Assembly: GCA_951406725.2 (NCBI GenBank)
Contig: OX597832.1
Span: 61,876,001 to 61,940,000 of the forward strand
Reading direction: 5' to 3'
DNA from: Octopus vulgaris
Lineage: Eukaryota
DNA length: 64,000 nucleotides
The position numbers were made by a program, and so were the translations under genes. This document shows, piece by piece, positions 1-12,682 of this stretch (its first letter is position 1; every line of letters starts with the position of its first letter). A model generated the notes under the pieces. It was not told the DNA's origin and ran no database searches. It was given only the letters and a program-made list of their open reading frames with translations.

Positions 1-2
1 AA

Positions 3-52
<50 letters not shown>

Positions 53-56
<4 letters not shown>

Positions 57-274
57 TTAAATAAGGTTAAAAAATGGTCTGGGTCTCCCGTTTTTTATTA
101 TAGATTTTTCTGATGATATCTGAAAAGAAACAGCAATTTTAGCAAAACATATTAAGCAACACTTATAAGAAATCAAGAGACATAAAATTAAACAACCTTT
201 TGACGGTTTTATAGATATTTCAAAATTATGATGCTATGATGCTAGGTGTTTCCATTATTTTTGTCCAACCCCTG
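53..274. mobile_element. Terminal remnant of a Tc1-like DNA transposon
   Basis: Reverse complement of 245-276 reads TA-CAGGGGTTGGACAAAAATAATGGAAACACC, resembling a Tc1-type terminal inverted repeat with a TA target; partner end not seen. Confidence 0.45.
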
Positions 275-1162
275 TATATATGAAAGTATGTACGTCTTCT
301 ATTTGTATATACAGACTTTGATGCACGATAGATTACCAGCCTTAACAGCTGATCGAACTTTTGCCATGTTCAGCTCTAGCATAGGTTTAGTGTTCTCAGT
401 TAGACATAAATATATTTTTTGAGGTATTACGTAGAGAGCAGAACACCATACAAAGAGCAACCAGAAAACAAGTAGATATACTTTAGGTTACGATCGTATC
501 GTTTCTTTAGTCAATAATGAATAATTATATCGCTCACCAGCCAGGGCTTCATATATATATAATTGCGTTCACCTGTTAGGCGAAACGAAGTGTTTAGTGT
601 CAGCTTTTGATGATAAATATCTTTCCACTCTACACCACATGTTGAACTGTAGATCAGATATACACATAAACATACATATACATACATATATATTGTATAT
701 ATATATACATATTTAAATGTACTTGTATTCATACATATACAGAAGCAAACGTATATGTGAGTGTGTAAATACATATATATATTTATGTATGTATGCATGT
801 ATTACTGTATGTAGGAATATTTGTATATGTATGTATTTATGTATGTATGCATGTATGCATGCATGTATGTATGTATGTATGTATGTATGTATGTATGTAT
901 GTATGTATGTATGTATGTATGTATGTGTGTATGTATGTATGTATGTATGTATGGTGATGTCTAACTTCCTTGTTACGAGACTAAAAGACTGCACATAGTG
1001 GAAAGTAATATATATTTCAGACGACCAGATATAGAATATTAAAAAATGCTCATATCTTTTCTGAGAGCATTATCAGTGCAGCTTGTATTGGCGGCAGCGT
1101 GTGTGTATTAGTGCGCACAATGCCTTTTAAAATAGCATAGACATATAAATATACCCATACAT

Positions 1163-1323
<161 letters not shown>

Positions 1324-2215
1324 TGCGTGTTTGTTTGTTTTGAGCTTCTCGATGTATTATCAAACTTATATATTAATCGTTCATGTTGTTTTGGGGAACA
1401 ATAAAACGGCTTAACTCCTTCAGTCTTATCTTTCCGATGAAGTGATTATACTGACGCGGTTTTGTCTGAATCAAATTCGTTATCGCTTCGAGTTTAACAG
1501 GCATCGTTTTACAACCACAGATGTCGGTTTTCCATGGCTATTTCTTTTTCATTTCATGCTTTGTGTTCTGTTTTGATATGCGATGGCGTTGGGTATCCTT
1601 CATAAGATAATTATTTCATAAGCGTTTTTATTCACCTTACTTTCGTTTTTTTTTGTGATAGATAAAATGTATAGTAATGGCTTGGTGTTGTAGGTGCATT
1701 ATCGGTCTACATGAAACTGCAGTGCATGTATGTCCAAAATCTTGTAGGTAACGTAACGATGCTATGCAAAATAACTTTATCCTTTTCTTACACCACGATA
1801 CAAAGTGAGACTAATCAAGAAGTTCACAAGGATCGCGAAATATAAGAGAAATTACAATACCGTATTTTGCGGTATCATACATGAAGAATCGTGCAGGAGG
1901 CATCCTGATTTTTGAAATGTAATTCCTGCAGAGGTAATATCTTTCTACTTCTCAAAGTAGAATGGGCAGTGTCCGGCAGGTACATACTAAATGCTTGTTA
2001 TCAGACAATATTTGTGAGGAAACCAACGGAGCACTCAAGACTGTCCTTGAGTGAAATCACTAGACACCGACCACCCACTTCATGGTGTGCTGTAAGATAT
2101 TATTGTAGTAATCCACAACATTACGTTCTTCGCTTTAAATGTCCTGCAGTCGATCATACGTTCCTGCAGGAGGATGATACCACTGAGTGAGATGAGTGAA
2201 AGAATGAAAGAGTAT

Positions 2216-2338
<123 letters not shown>

Positions 2339-2431
2339 TACATATATATACATATATACATATATACACATATACATACATCTATATATATATATATGTA
2401 TATATATATGTATATGTATATATGTATATAA

Positions 2432-2461
<30 letters not shown>

Positions 2462-2465
<4 letters not shown>

Positions 2466-2587
2466 TCACCATCACCATCACGTGACCGACCAGTCCATCA
2501 GATGTAGTTACACATCGCTGGTCACAATGCGTTCGCATTGTTTTAGCCTTTGAATAACGCCACCCCACTGGCTAAGCGAGCAGGCCA
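2462..2587 (-). mobile_element. 3' part of SINE family D (RTE-like tail)
   Basis: Aligns to 50275-50385; tail TTGTGACCAGCGATGTGTAAC resembles the RTE 3' end at 51659-51710. Confidence 0.65.
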
Positions 2588-2605
2588 TATATATATATAT
2601 ATATG

Positions 2606-2663
<58 letters not shown>

Positions 2664-2685
2664 TAGCTGTATATATACACATATA

Positions 2686-2837
2686 TAGCTGTGGGTTAAG
2701 GAGCTTGCTTGCCAACCACATGGTACCAGGTTCAGTCTCAGTGCATGGGAGCTTGGGCAAGTGTCCACTGCTATAGCCTCAGGCCGACCGAAAACTTGTG
2801 AGTGGATTTGGTAGATGAAAACTGAAAGAAGCCTGTC

Positions 2838-2839
<2 letters not shown>
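2686..2839 (+). mobile_element. SINE family A, 5' half
   Basis: tRNA-like head (..CCAACCACATGGT..GGTTCAGTC) and body GTGAGTGGATTTGGTAGA..AACTGAAAGAAGCCTGTCG matching the copy at 57930. Confidence 0.85.
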
Positions 2840-2870
<31 letters not shown>

Positions 2871-2872
<2 letters not shown>

Positions 2873-2937
2873 AGGTGGTGCTATTAAGTTAGACATGGCC
2901 TGGGCCAATAATGGCCGAAACCTATCAAAGTATCAAA

Positions 2938-2940
<3 letters not shown>
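2871..2940 (+). mobile_element. 70-bp 3' terminus of a CR1-type LINE inserted in (TA)n
   Basis: Identical to the reverse complement of 35464-35533; homologous to the 3' end of the CR1 at 45203-45275; ends in (TATCAAAG)2. Confidence 0.8.
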
Positions 2941-2997
<57 letters not shown>

Positions 2998-3605
2998 CTT
3001 TGTGTCTTTGTGTGTGCTTGTGTGCAACCGTACCTGACTTCCAAGCGAAACCTGAAGTAAACGACCAGACATATTAAATTCTATCAAAAAAAACTTATCG
3101 AAAGAAAAGTTTCTTTCCCAACATACTGAATTTCAAAAAACATTCCTGTTTTAAACGTTTTCAAAGAATTCTGTTTTAGAGAAAAAAAATAATGAATTAA
3201 CAAAGTAAAATCGCATGGACAAAGAAAAATCGCATGAAAAATACGTTTAAGATGGCGGATTTATAAAGAAGGTATCGTCGTTGAAAGAAACACCGATGCA
3301 TAGACATACATAGGCATACGTACATTAACACGCTCGTACATACATACTTCTGTATACACACATATTCGCACATATTCACTCTCACATATACGCACGTTCA
3401 CGCTGAAGCACAAAATGTACACTCACGGAACACAATTCTGTAGATATAACTCCCTCATATACGTGTGTATGTGTGTGTGCGTATATATATATATATATAT
3501 ATATATGTTTAATAATATCAGGGTAATAAAGTTATTAGAAATTTTTACTACCACTGGCCTAGCGTATAGAAAAATTAGTCAATAGACTATATATTATACA
3601 TATAA

Positions 3606-3846
3606 AGTACATTTAAACACATTAAGAGATTTTCATCATAGGAATCCCTTACGCTAGAAAGAACAGCAAAAAGTCCAAACCACTAATTAGGGATAATTTC
3701 TCGAAGGGAATGAAAAAATTAGGGTACTATAAATGGTAAATGTTTTTTTTTATTTTTCATTCCCTTCAAGAATTTATCCCTAATTAATGTTCTTTCTAGC
3801 GTAAAAGATTCCCATGATGGAAACCTCTTAATGTGTTTAAATGTAC
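3606..3846. repeat. Long imperfect inverted repeat (fold-back), probably Penelope pLTR-derived
   Basis: GTACATTTAAACACATTAAGAG..TTACGCTAGAAAGAAC..GAAGGGAATGAAAAA mirrored by TTTTTCATTCCCTTC..GTTCTTTCTAGCGTAA..CTCTTAATGTGTTTAAATGTAC. Confidence 0.8.
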
Positions 3847-3853
3847 ACTGTAT

Positions 3854-3913
<60 letters not shown>

Positions 3914-3914
<1 letters not shown>

Positions 3915-4060
3915 GAGGGCAATCCCAAAAGTAAGGTCTCCAAAGGTGTTAAACCGATTGAAATTCATCGCCAATTAACAGAATTGTATGGTGTATCGTG
4001 CATGGATTTCAAAAACTTTCGCAAGTGGTGCAAGGAGTGTGCAGCTGTCGTACTGAAATT
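3914..4060 (+). mobile_element. Mariner fragment (terminal repeat fused to N-terminal HTH, internally deleted)
   Basis: TA-TGAGGGCAATCCCAAAAGTAAGGTCTCC terminus, then KGVKPIEIHRQLTELYGVSCMDFKNFRKWCKE, a mariner N-terminal HTH-like peptide. Confidence 0.75.
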
Positions 4061-4419
4061 TGGTGGTAGTGGCTGGGTGCCAAATCCAGAATATAAGTTG
4101 GGTTGCCGTTTATGGTCTTCTGTGAGCATTCATGGGATATTGCAGCTTTTCACACAAAGCCCTATCAAAGTTTAAAGTTTAAAGTTAACGAGACAACGAA
4201 GAAGATTCCGGAAATAGTAGCTAAGTTACCCCCAGTTCTTGATTGGTAATTCATTTTTTCGACCCTGGAGAGATAGTAAGCAACAGGAATTGAAATAAGA
4301 AAGTAAAGCGCTGTAACAAATACTGCAATGTAATCTTTCCGACGCCGACTTGGAGATCGAACGTGCGTTAACGAGATTCATGTAACGATATTCTTAACCG
4401 CTTGTCTATGCCGACAACA

Positions 4420-5012
4420 TATTCATACTCCACTTCTCTCCTCGTCTCCCTTTCTCCCCGCCCCACCTCTCTCCCTCGCGCGCGTGCATTTTCTCTCTGT
4501 CGTTTTCTCTCTTCTTCTCTTTCATTCTCTCTCTCTCACTCTCTTGTGTTCTCTATATTGCTTTCTGTCTGTCTGTCTCTATCTGTGTGTGTCTGTGTAT
4601 GTCTTTCTAGCTTTTTCTACATTCCAATATTCTCTCTCCCCCTTTCTCTCTTGCCATTTTTCTCTCTCGCTTTTTATCTAGCTTTCTCTTTCCCACTCTT
4701 TCTCTCTTTTCTCTCTCTCTCTCATATTCCCTTTCTCTTTCCCTCTTTTCTTTTTTGTTTCTCTCTCTCTATCTCTTATATTCCCTTTCTCTTTCCCTCT
4801 TTCCCTTCTTTCTTTCTCTCTCCTTCTGTCTCTGTCTATCTGTCTCTCTCTCTCACGCGCGCGATTTCTCTTCTCTCCATTTTTTCCCTTCCTTCTCTCG
4901 CTTTTGCTTTCTCTCTCTCTTTCTCTGTCTGTCTCTTTCTCTCTCTCCCTCTTCCTCTCCCCCTCTCTCTCTCTCTCTCCCGCCTCTCTCTCTGTCTTTC
5001 AATCTCTCTCGC
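4420..5012. repeat. Polypyrimidine (CT)-rich low-complexity tract
   Basis: Direct reading. Confidence 0.9.
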
Positions 5013-5500
5013 TCACGTTGTTGTAAAACTATCCGTTTCTTAGCTCCTCGAAAGGTCATCTTTCCCAGAGACTTCCACGATCAATTCATTGAGTTAGAGA
5101 TTATATTTCTATTGGTGATGACCTGAGTCAAGACAATCAATTATTTGTGCTCAATCAAGTGAAGTGACTCAAAAAACAAGCTGAACTTGAATCGCTGAGT
5201 CTCGCATGAAAGTAAGTTCCACAAAACAGAGATCGTATTCATAGAGACATGTACACGCTTGCGCACACATATACATAGTCCTTCCTCTACAAACACATAT
5301 AAAAATATACAGGAGCGCATTTCCAAACATGAATATCATACAGAAATATGTACATAAAGATATTTCTATGTCTATCCATTTAATATCTGAAGATATCTAT
5401 TTCGCTTTCTATCAGCCTGCCTCCATTTCTGTTTCTCGTCCTATATGTAAGCATGAATGTATGTATGTATGTTCGTATGTATGTATATATCTATCTATTC

Positions 5501-5563
<63 letters not shown>

Positions 5564-5579
5564 CTACCTACCTATCTAG

Positions 5580-5633
<54 letters not shown>

Positions 5634-5649
5634 CCTACCTACCTATCTA

Positions 5650-5687
<38 letters not shown>

Positions 5688-5691
<4 letters not shown>

Positions 5692-5820
5692 GAAATTTAC
5701 AGAAAAGCAAAAGATGAAGTGGGTGTAGGGACAACAAGGAAATGTATTAGTCTGACGCTCGAGAAAATGGAAAAAGTCTTTTACGTTTCGAGCCTACGCT
5801 CTTCAACAGAAAGGAATAAG
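5688..5820 (-). mobile_element. Penelope-like terminal repeat fragment with minimal hammerhead-like motif
   Basis: Minus strand CTTT-CTGTTGA-A-GAGC-GTAG-GCTC-GAAAC-GTA-AAAG; related copies at 25850-25950, 32325-32395, 35568-35700 and 50070-50190. Confidence 0.7.
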
Positions 5821-6135
5821 ACAAGTCCAGAAAGTTCAAAAGGTTCAAAAGTCGTGGTAGATTGGAGCGATTTACATCAACGAAAAATTCCAGTGAAATC
5901 CAGTGAAATCCGTATAGGCAGATTCAGTAGATCCATTGGATATTCGGATGGAGTGCAGTTATGTGAATGAGGAGAGGTGCCGAAGTTTGGGAGGTGGTTC
6001 AGATATACAAGTCCAAAGAGTAGGAAGTTCAGTCAGGATATATATATGTATATATATATATATACATACATACATGCATACATACATACATTCATACATA
6101 CATATACATATATACATACACACACACACGCACAT

Positions 6136-6214
<79 letters not shown>

Positions 6215-6218
<4 letters not shown>

Positions 6219-7505
6219 GTAATCCTATAAAGAATGTGGTGTTTTTGGTTGCAGGAACTAAAAGCCAGAGAAGGACGGAATAAACTAGCTACATCAACAT
6301 GCTATCAAAAGCAGGTAGAAATTTTACCTTGTCCTTATTCTTAGTCCATGTTTTGAAGAGTGCATCGATTTTGACAGTCATTATTTTTTTCAAAGCTGTA
6401 ATGGAAGTGACAAAGGACCATATTCGGCATATTTTGCTTTATGAGTTCAATAAAGCAACACTGCAATGGAAAGTGTGAGAAATATTAATGCAGTATAAGG
6501 GAATCGGACAATAAGCGTAAGCCAGTATCAGCGATGGTTCTAGAAATTCTGAGCCGGAAACTACAGCCTAGAATACGAACCTCGTCATGGAAGAACTGTA
6601 GAGCCCGACGAAGATGTTCTGTAAACCCTGGTGGAACAAAATGTCATCGTAACTGTTCAGGGACCAGGAGAAAAGCTTGGATTTGGTCATTCAACCATTC
6701 ATTGAGAACCTGCGTGCCATCGGAAAAACCAGCAAAGTGGGTCAATGGGTTTCTCACAAACTTTCTGAGTATAATCGCGCGCAGAGAATGTGTGCTCTTC
6801 TTTGCTGTCACGTCTCACGAATTAATCTTTTGTGGATCGAACAATGACTTGTGGCGAGAAATGGGTTCTCTATCAAAATGTGATGCACCAAAGACAGTGG
6901 GTAGAGAAAGGATAAACACCAGCAACCCAAACTAAAGATGGTTTACACCCACGTAAGGTGTTGTTATCTGTTCTGTGAGTTATGAAATGTTTAATCCACT
7001 TTGAACATTTAAACCCAAACCAAACGATACCAAAGAAGATGTACTGCGAGCAGCTGGAGTGGGTTAAGTCAGTGCTAGAAGAAAAACGACCATCTTTGGT
7101 TTCAAGACGAAAGATGTCCTCCCAACAGGATAACGCTCGGCCATATTCAGCGAGAATGACATTCCAAGGATAGCCGCAGTTGGAATGGGAAACGATGCAC
7201 CACCCAGATATACGCTGGACAATGCCCCCATCTGATAATCATTTACTCTGCAGTTTTCAAAATCATTTCGTAGGCAGAAATATGAATTCTGTAGACGTGG
7301 TCAGAACATAACTGGAGGAGTATTTTATGTTACGGTCAAGTGAATTTTGGTAGCAGAGCCTTGCAACTCTACCAGAAAGATTGGAAGACCATTGTAGTAA
7401 ATGAAGGAGAGTATATTTTAGATTAAAAAAGAACTTTGTTTATCTTTATCTTGAAGTATAAAAGGAGTTTCTTAAAAAAGGGCATTTATTTATGCGATGA
7501 CCCAA
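6215..7505 (+). mobile_element. Full-length (~1.29 kb) decayed mariner transposon
   Basis: TIRs TTGGGTAATCCTATAAAGAATG / CATTTATTTATGCGATGACCCAA; 5' TA target; length typical of mariner. Confidence 0.92.
6401..7426 (+). pseudogene. Mariner transposase pseudogene
   Basis: MEVTKDHIRHILLYEFNK start; degenerate WVSHKL (WVPHEL), TCGEKW, QDNARPY and PSDNHL motifs; many stops and frameshifts. Confidence 0.9.
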
Positions 7506-7507
7506 TG

Positions 7508-7544
<37 letters not shown>

Positions 7545-7606
7545 TTGTTTGAGTGTGTGTATGCGTGTGTTTATGTATGTATGTATGTATGCATATATAT
7601 ATATAT

Positions 7607-7647
<41 letters not shown>

Positions 7648-7677
7648 GCATGTATGTATGTATGTATGTATGTATAG

Positions 7678-7678
<1 letters not shown>

Positions 7679-7770
<92 letters not shown>
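7679..7770. repeat. (GATA)n microsatellite
   Basis: Direct reading. Confidence 0.95.
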
Positions 7771-7771
<1 letters not shown>

Positions 7772-7774
7772 TTG

Positions 7775-7972
7775 ATTTCAAATTTTTGCACAAGGTCCGC
7801 AATTTCAGAAATGGCGTATGTCGATTAGATCGACTCCAGCATTCAACTGGTATTTATTTTATCAACTCCGAAAAGATGAAAGGCAAAGTCGACCTCAGCG
7901 GAATTTGAACTCAGAACATGAAAGTCGGACGAAATACTGCTAAGCATTTTGTCCGGCGTGCTAACGATTCTC
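7775..7972 (-). mobile_element. SINE family B (tRNA head, MetaSINE-like central domain)
   Basis: GATGAAAGGCAAAGTCGACCTCAGCGGAATTTGAACTCAGAAC shared with copies at 10803, 54648, 55780 and 60915. Confidence 0.85.
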
Positions 7973-8044
7973 CTAAACAAATTTACATTAATCTGAAGGG
8001 GAATTCTATACTTTTGGAAAGTACGAATTTCTTATCCACTGCGA

Positions 8045-8127
8045 AAGACAGTGACTTCGAAGTTTCCGCCAGCTAAGCCCTCATCGGATGATGGCTTCGC
8101 TGGATGGAACTTCGATGTCACTGTCTT
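8045..8127. other. 83-nt imperfect hairpin
   Basis: 41-nt arms, 35 Watson-Crick pairs plus one G-U, essentially no loop. Confidence 0.85.
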
Positions 8128-8253
8128 CTTGTTAAAGAATACTAAAAACACACATACATACTTACATACATACATATATATATACATACGTACATACATA
8201 CAGACTGACAGAGAGACAGACAGACAGAGAGATATAGATAGATAGACAGATAA

Positions 8254-8302
<49 letters not shown>

Positions 8303-8327
8303 GAGTGAGAGAGAGAGAGAGAGAGAG

Positions 8328-8360
<33 letters not shown>

Positions 8361-8365
8361 AATAA

Positions 8366-8418
<53 letters not shown>

Positions 8419-8614
8419 GATGTATATGTGCGCGTGTGTGTACGTATTTACGTATGTGTGTGTCTGTGTATATATTTTTATAGTGTCTGAATGAAGGTCT
8501 GGATGTGAGGGTTGAAGTATTTTGAGGTGAATCAACGATTCGTTTTATTGGTGGATGTTGTTGTATCAGGAGCTATAAAGACCGGTGTGTCATGTGGTCG
8601 CCTACATAAACACA

Positions 8615-8650
<36 letters not shown>

Positions 8651-8759
8651 TATACACACATATATATATATGAGCCTAAAGAGCGTAGGCAAAGATAAAA
8701 GAATAAATGAATGTAAAAAACAAGGAAATATCGGGAGAAAAAAATCAAACGTGAAAATT

Positions 8760-9037
<278 letters not shown>

Positions 9038-9509
9038 GTATTAATATGTAAAGATAAAAGCGAAGTAATTGTCTGCTGAGGTTGTATGTATAATTAATGC
9101 CTGTGGCTGGAGCATAGCTCCACCCCCAGCCTCGTTCTGAACTAACAAACAGTTGATTTAGGATTGAATCATGGTGATACGATGGTAATAAATGTCTGGG
9201 AGAGAAAGAGAAGGGAAGCGTAGACGTAGAGGGTGGAGGTGAGGGGTGAGGTTGCGTGAATGAAGGAAAGAAGGAGAGAGAGAGGGGGAAAGATAGTGAG
9301 AGAGAGAGAGATGGGAATAGAGAGGGAGAGAAAAAGGTGGTGCCGGGTCGTTGAAGTCAGACATTTTACACGTATATGAAAATAGAATACATATGAATAT
9401 TACATACGCCCGCATACACACGCATGCACACATACATACACACATGCACAGACACACACGCACGCACACAGACGTACACGCACGCACATACACATGTATT
9501 GAAATGAGA

Positions 9510-9907
9510 TATTCTTTTATTCTTTCACTTGTTTCAGTCATCTGACTGCGGCCATGCTGGAGCACCGCCTTTAGTCGAACAAATCGACCCCAGAACTTAT
9601 TCTTTGGAAGCCTAGTACTTATTCTCTCGATCAATTTTGCCGTACCGCTATGTTACAGGGACGTGAACACATCAAGATCGGTTGTCAAGCAATGTTGGGG
9701 CGGGAGCAAACACACACACACAAACACACACACATATATATAGATATATATATACGACGGGCTTCTTTCAGTTTCCCTCTATCAAATCCACTCAAAAGGC
9801 TTTGGTCGGCCTAAGGCTATGGTAGAGAACATTCACCGAAGGTCCCACGTAGTGGGTCTGAACCCGGAACCATGTGGTTGGTAAGCAAGCTACTTACCAC
9901 ATAGCCG
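9510..9907 (-). mobile_element. SINE family A, near full length
   Basis: CTTGTTTCAGTCATCTGACTGCGGCCATGCTGGAGCACCGCC tail through GAACCCGGAACCATGTGGTTGGTAAGCAAGCTACTTACCAC head. Confidence 0.92.
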
Positions 9908-10802
9908 ATATATAATTATATTTAGGAATATAACTATATACAAACATATACACACACACATATATATCCATCCATCCATCTCTCTCTCTATATATATATA
10001 TATGTATGTATATACATGTGTGTGTGAGTGTGTGCGTACGTGTCTGTGTATAATTATATCTACATGCAGATATATGTGTGAGCGTGTGTGTGTGGTTGTA
10101 TTCATTATGTTTCTCTATTTTATCATTAATTCAATCTCTCTGGTTTATCAATTGAGTTATTTATATGTTTATGTTGTTGCTGTTGTTGTCATTCCTTTAA
10201 CCCCAAGGCAGCCATTGATTGATCAAGCTTATAATGGAAGGCATTCCAACAGTCACATCGTCCCATTTTTCTTTTTTTCTTTTTGATGTTTCTTAGTGGA
10301 AGGAAGATGGCATAGCTCGCATTAAATTTTCCGAGACGTCCTTTCGTACTTTAACACGACAATAGGGTAATATTAATGACTTGTAAGCACATGGTATTTC
10401 GTTATACAACCATATAAGGTTATTACCAAAATTATATTGAAATATTGTTGTGTTTAGGGAGAGCCTTTACGCCAATACAAAAAGGAAATATCAGAAATAT
10501 ATATGTGTATATTCGAACACAAAAATATACTTGTATATTCGAATATTGTAAGAGAGCCATAAAATGCGTAATCTTTGGGCTCAACTCCAAAATTCTCAAG
10601 TAACGTGAAGAATACATCACAAATCGTAGTACAATGAACGAAATGTTATCGACCATCGAAGTAACTTTGGCTTTCATGCCAATCGTGTCCTATCTAAGGA
10701 GCACCAAGAGTGATGTGCTAGAGCAGAGCCAAACTGTTTATATATTGTATTTTATACCAGCCATTGTCAAACGGACGAATATCAAGATTATTGATTCTAG
10801 CA

Positions 10803-11012
10803 CGGCGAGATGGCAGAATGGTTATCACACCGGGCAAAATGCTTTGCGGTATTTCGTCCATCTTCGCGATCTGAGTATAAATTCTGCCGAGGTCCACTTT
10901 GCTTTTCACCCTTTCGGGGTCGATTAAATAAGTTCCAGTTACACACTGGGATCGATGTAATCAACTTAATCCCTTGCCAAAAATTGACGCCTTGTGCTTC
11001 CAGTAGAAAGGG
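10803..11012 (+). mobile_element. SINE family B
   Basis: GGCGAGATGGCAGAATGGTTA head; CTTTTCACCCTTTCGGGGTCGATTAAATAAG core. Confidence 0.85.
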
Positions 11013-11029
11013 TTAGTAATTGATTCCCA

Positions 11030-11328
11030 AGGCGCCTGGCTTAGAGGTTAGGGTATTCCACTTAAGATCGTATAGTAGTGAGTTCGATTCCAGGTGACCC
11101 ATTGTGTTCTTGAGCACGACACTTTATTTCACGTCGCTCCAGTTCACTTAGCTGGCAAAAAAGCGCAAGTACTTATATTTCTAAGGACCAGTCTCATCAC
11201 GTAATACGCTGAATCTAAGCGAGAACTACGTAACGGTTACACTTGATCGTCGAGTGCTCACTATTTGAACGTTTATTTTCGTCCACCGATTCAACTTGAA
11301 CCCTCGTTGTCATAACTGGCGTAGTGCA
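11030..11328 (+). mobile_element. SINE family C (tRNA head), decayed
   Basis: A box TGGCTTAGAGG and B box GAGTTCGATTCC; tail GAACCCTCGTTGTCATAAC resembles the reverse complement of 44740-44770. Confidence 0.75.
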
Positions 11329-11571
11329 AGTTAATTGATTGGCGGTATAGAAAGCAAGCACGCTGCTGCCTGTTACCCTGGTATTTGATCTAACATTCTC
11401 GATATCAACCTGACGATTGTTTGAATGAACATCTGTCTTGTTTCGGCTGATTGGTATTGGTGAATCTATATCGATCAAGTCACCATGACCTCTTCACGAC
11501 TTCCAGCTTTCTTTTAAAGGGTCCGACGTCCGACAGAAAACGGCAAATGTCATTCAGAGACACGCACACAA

Positions 11572-11603
<32 letters not shown>

Positions 11604-11803
11604 ACACACCCAGACATGCACTCACACATGCACACTCTCATGTACACACACTTATAAACAGAAACACGCATACGTACATATTCATGCAAATATAGACACA
11701 CATATATACACACACATACACACATATATATTCGATCGTGAGTGTCTGCTTTATAAAATATATCTAGACATATTCAAGCAATGATACGAAATACCGATGC
11801 ATA

Positions 11804-11912
<109 letters not shown>

Positions 11913-12108
11913 GTGTGTATGTATGTATGTATGTTTGTATGATTGTATATATGTATGTATGCATGTATGTATGTATATGTATATAATTGTATGTCTTATG
12001 CACAATTGTATGTTTGTTTATTTATATATTTCTCTATCGCTTTGTATACATCCTTTTCAGAGAGCTCCAACAAAAATCTCTTTTGTTTCTCGCTGATATA
12101 TATATATA

Positions 12109-12146
<38 letters not shown>

Positions 12147-12152
12147 TATATA

Positions 12153-12204
<52 letters not shown>

Positions 12205-12486
12205 CATGTGTATATATATATACATATATATACATATATACATATATATATATATTTGTATTTATATTTATATATATATATACATACATACATACATGTA
12301 TATGCATATAAATGCTATACTGTATATACATAAATACATATATAATTATACACAAACACATATTAATATATATACAGAGGCACGTAGATAGATACATAAA
12401 TGGATACAGACATAATCACAGAACACACACACACTTGTACACACACACACTTGTACACACACACACTTGTACACACACACACTTGT

Positions 12487-12541
<55 letters not shown>

Positions 12542-12645
12542 TATACATATGATACAACATACATACATATTGTCAGTTTCACATTTCGCCTTTCCAAGTT
12601 AAGCTGCTTGAAAAGAAAACATTAAACATAACAACATCGACAACG

Positions 12646-12682
<37 letters not shown>

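Noticed and set aside
481-545. Minus-strand CTGGTGA..GAAAC-GATACGATC-GTA hammerhead-like remnant
   Set aside because: Stem III is good but stems I and II do not pair convincingly
1430-1495. CCGATGA-AAGTGAT..ATCGCTT possible hammerhead
   Set aside because: No GAAA, stem III or cleavage triplet follows
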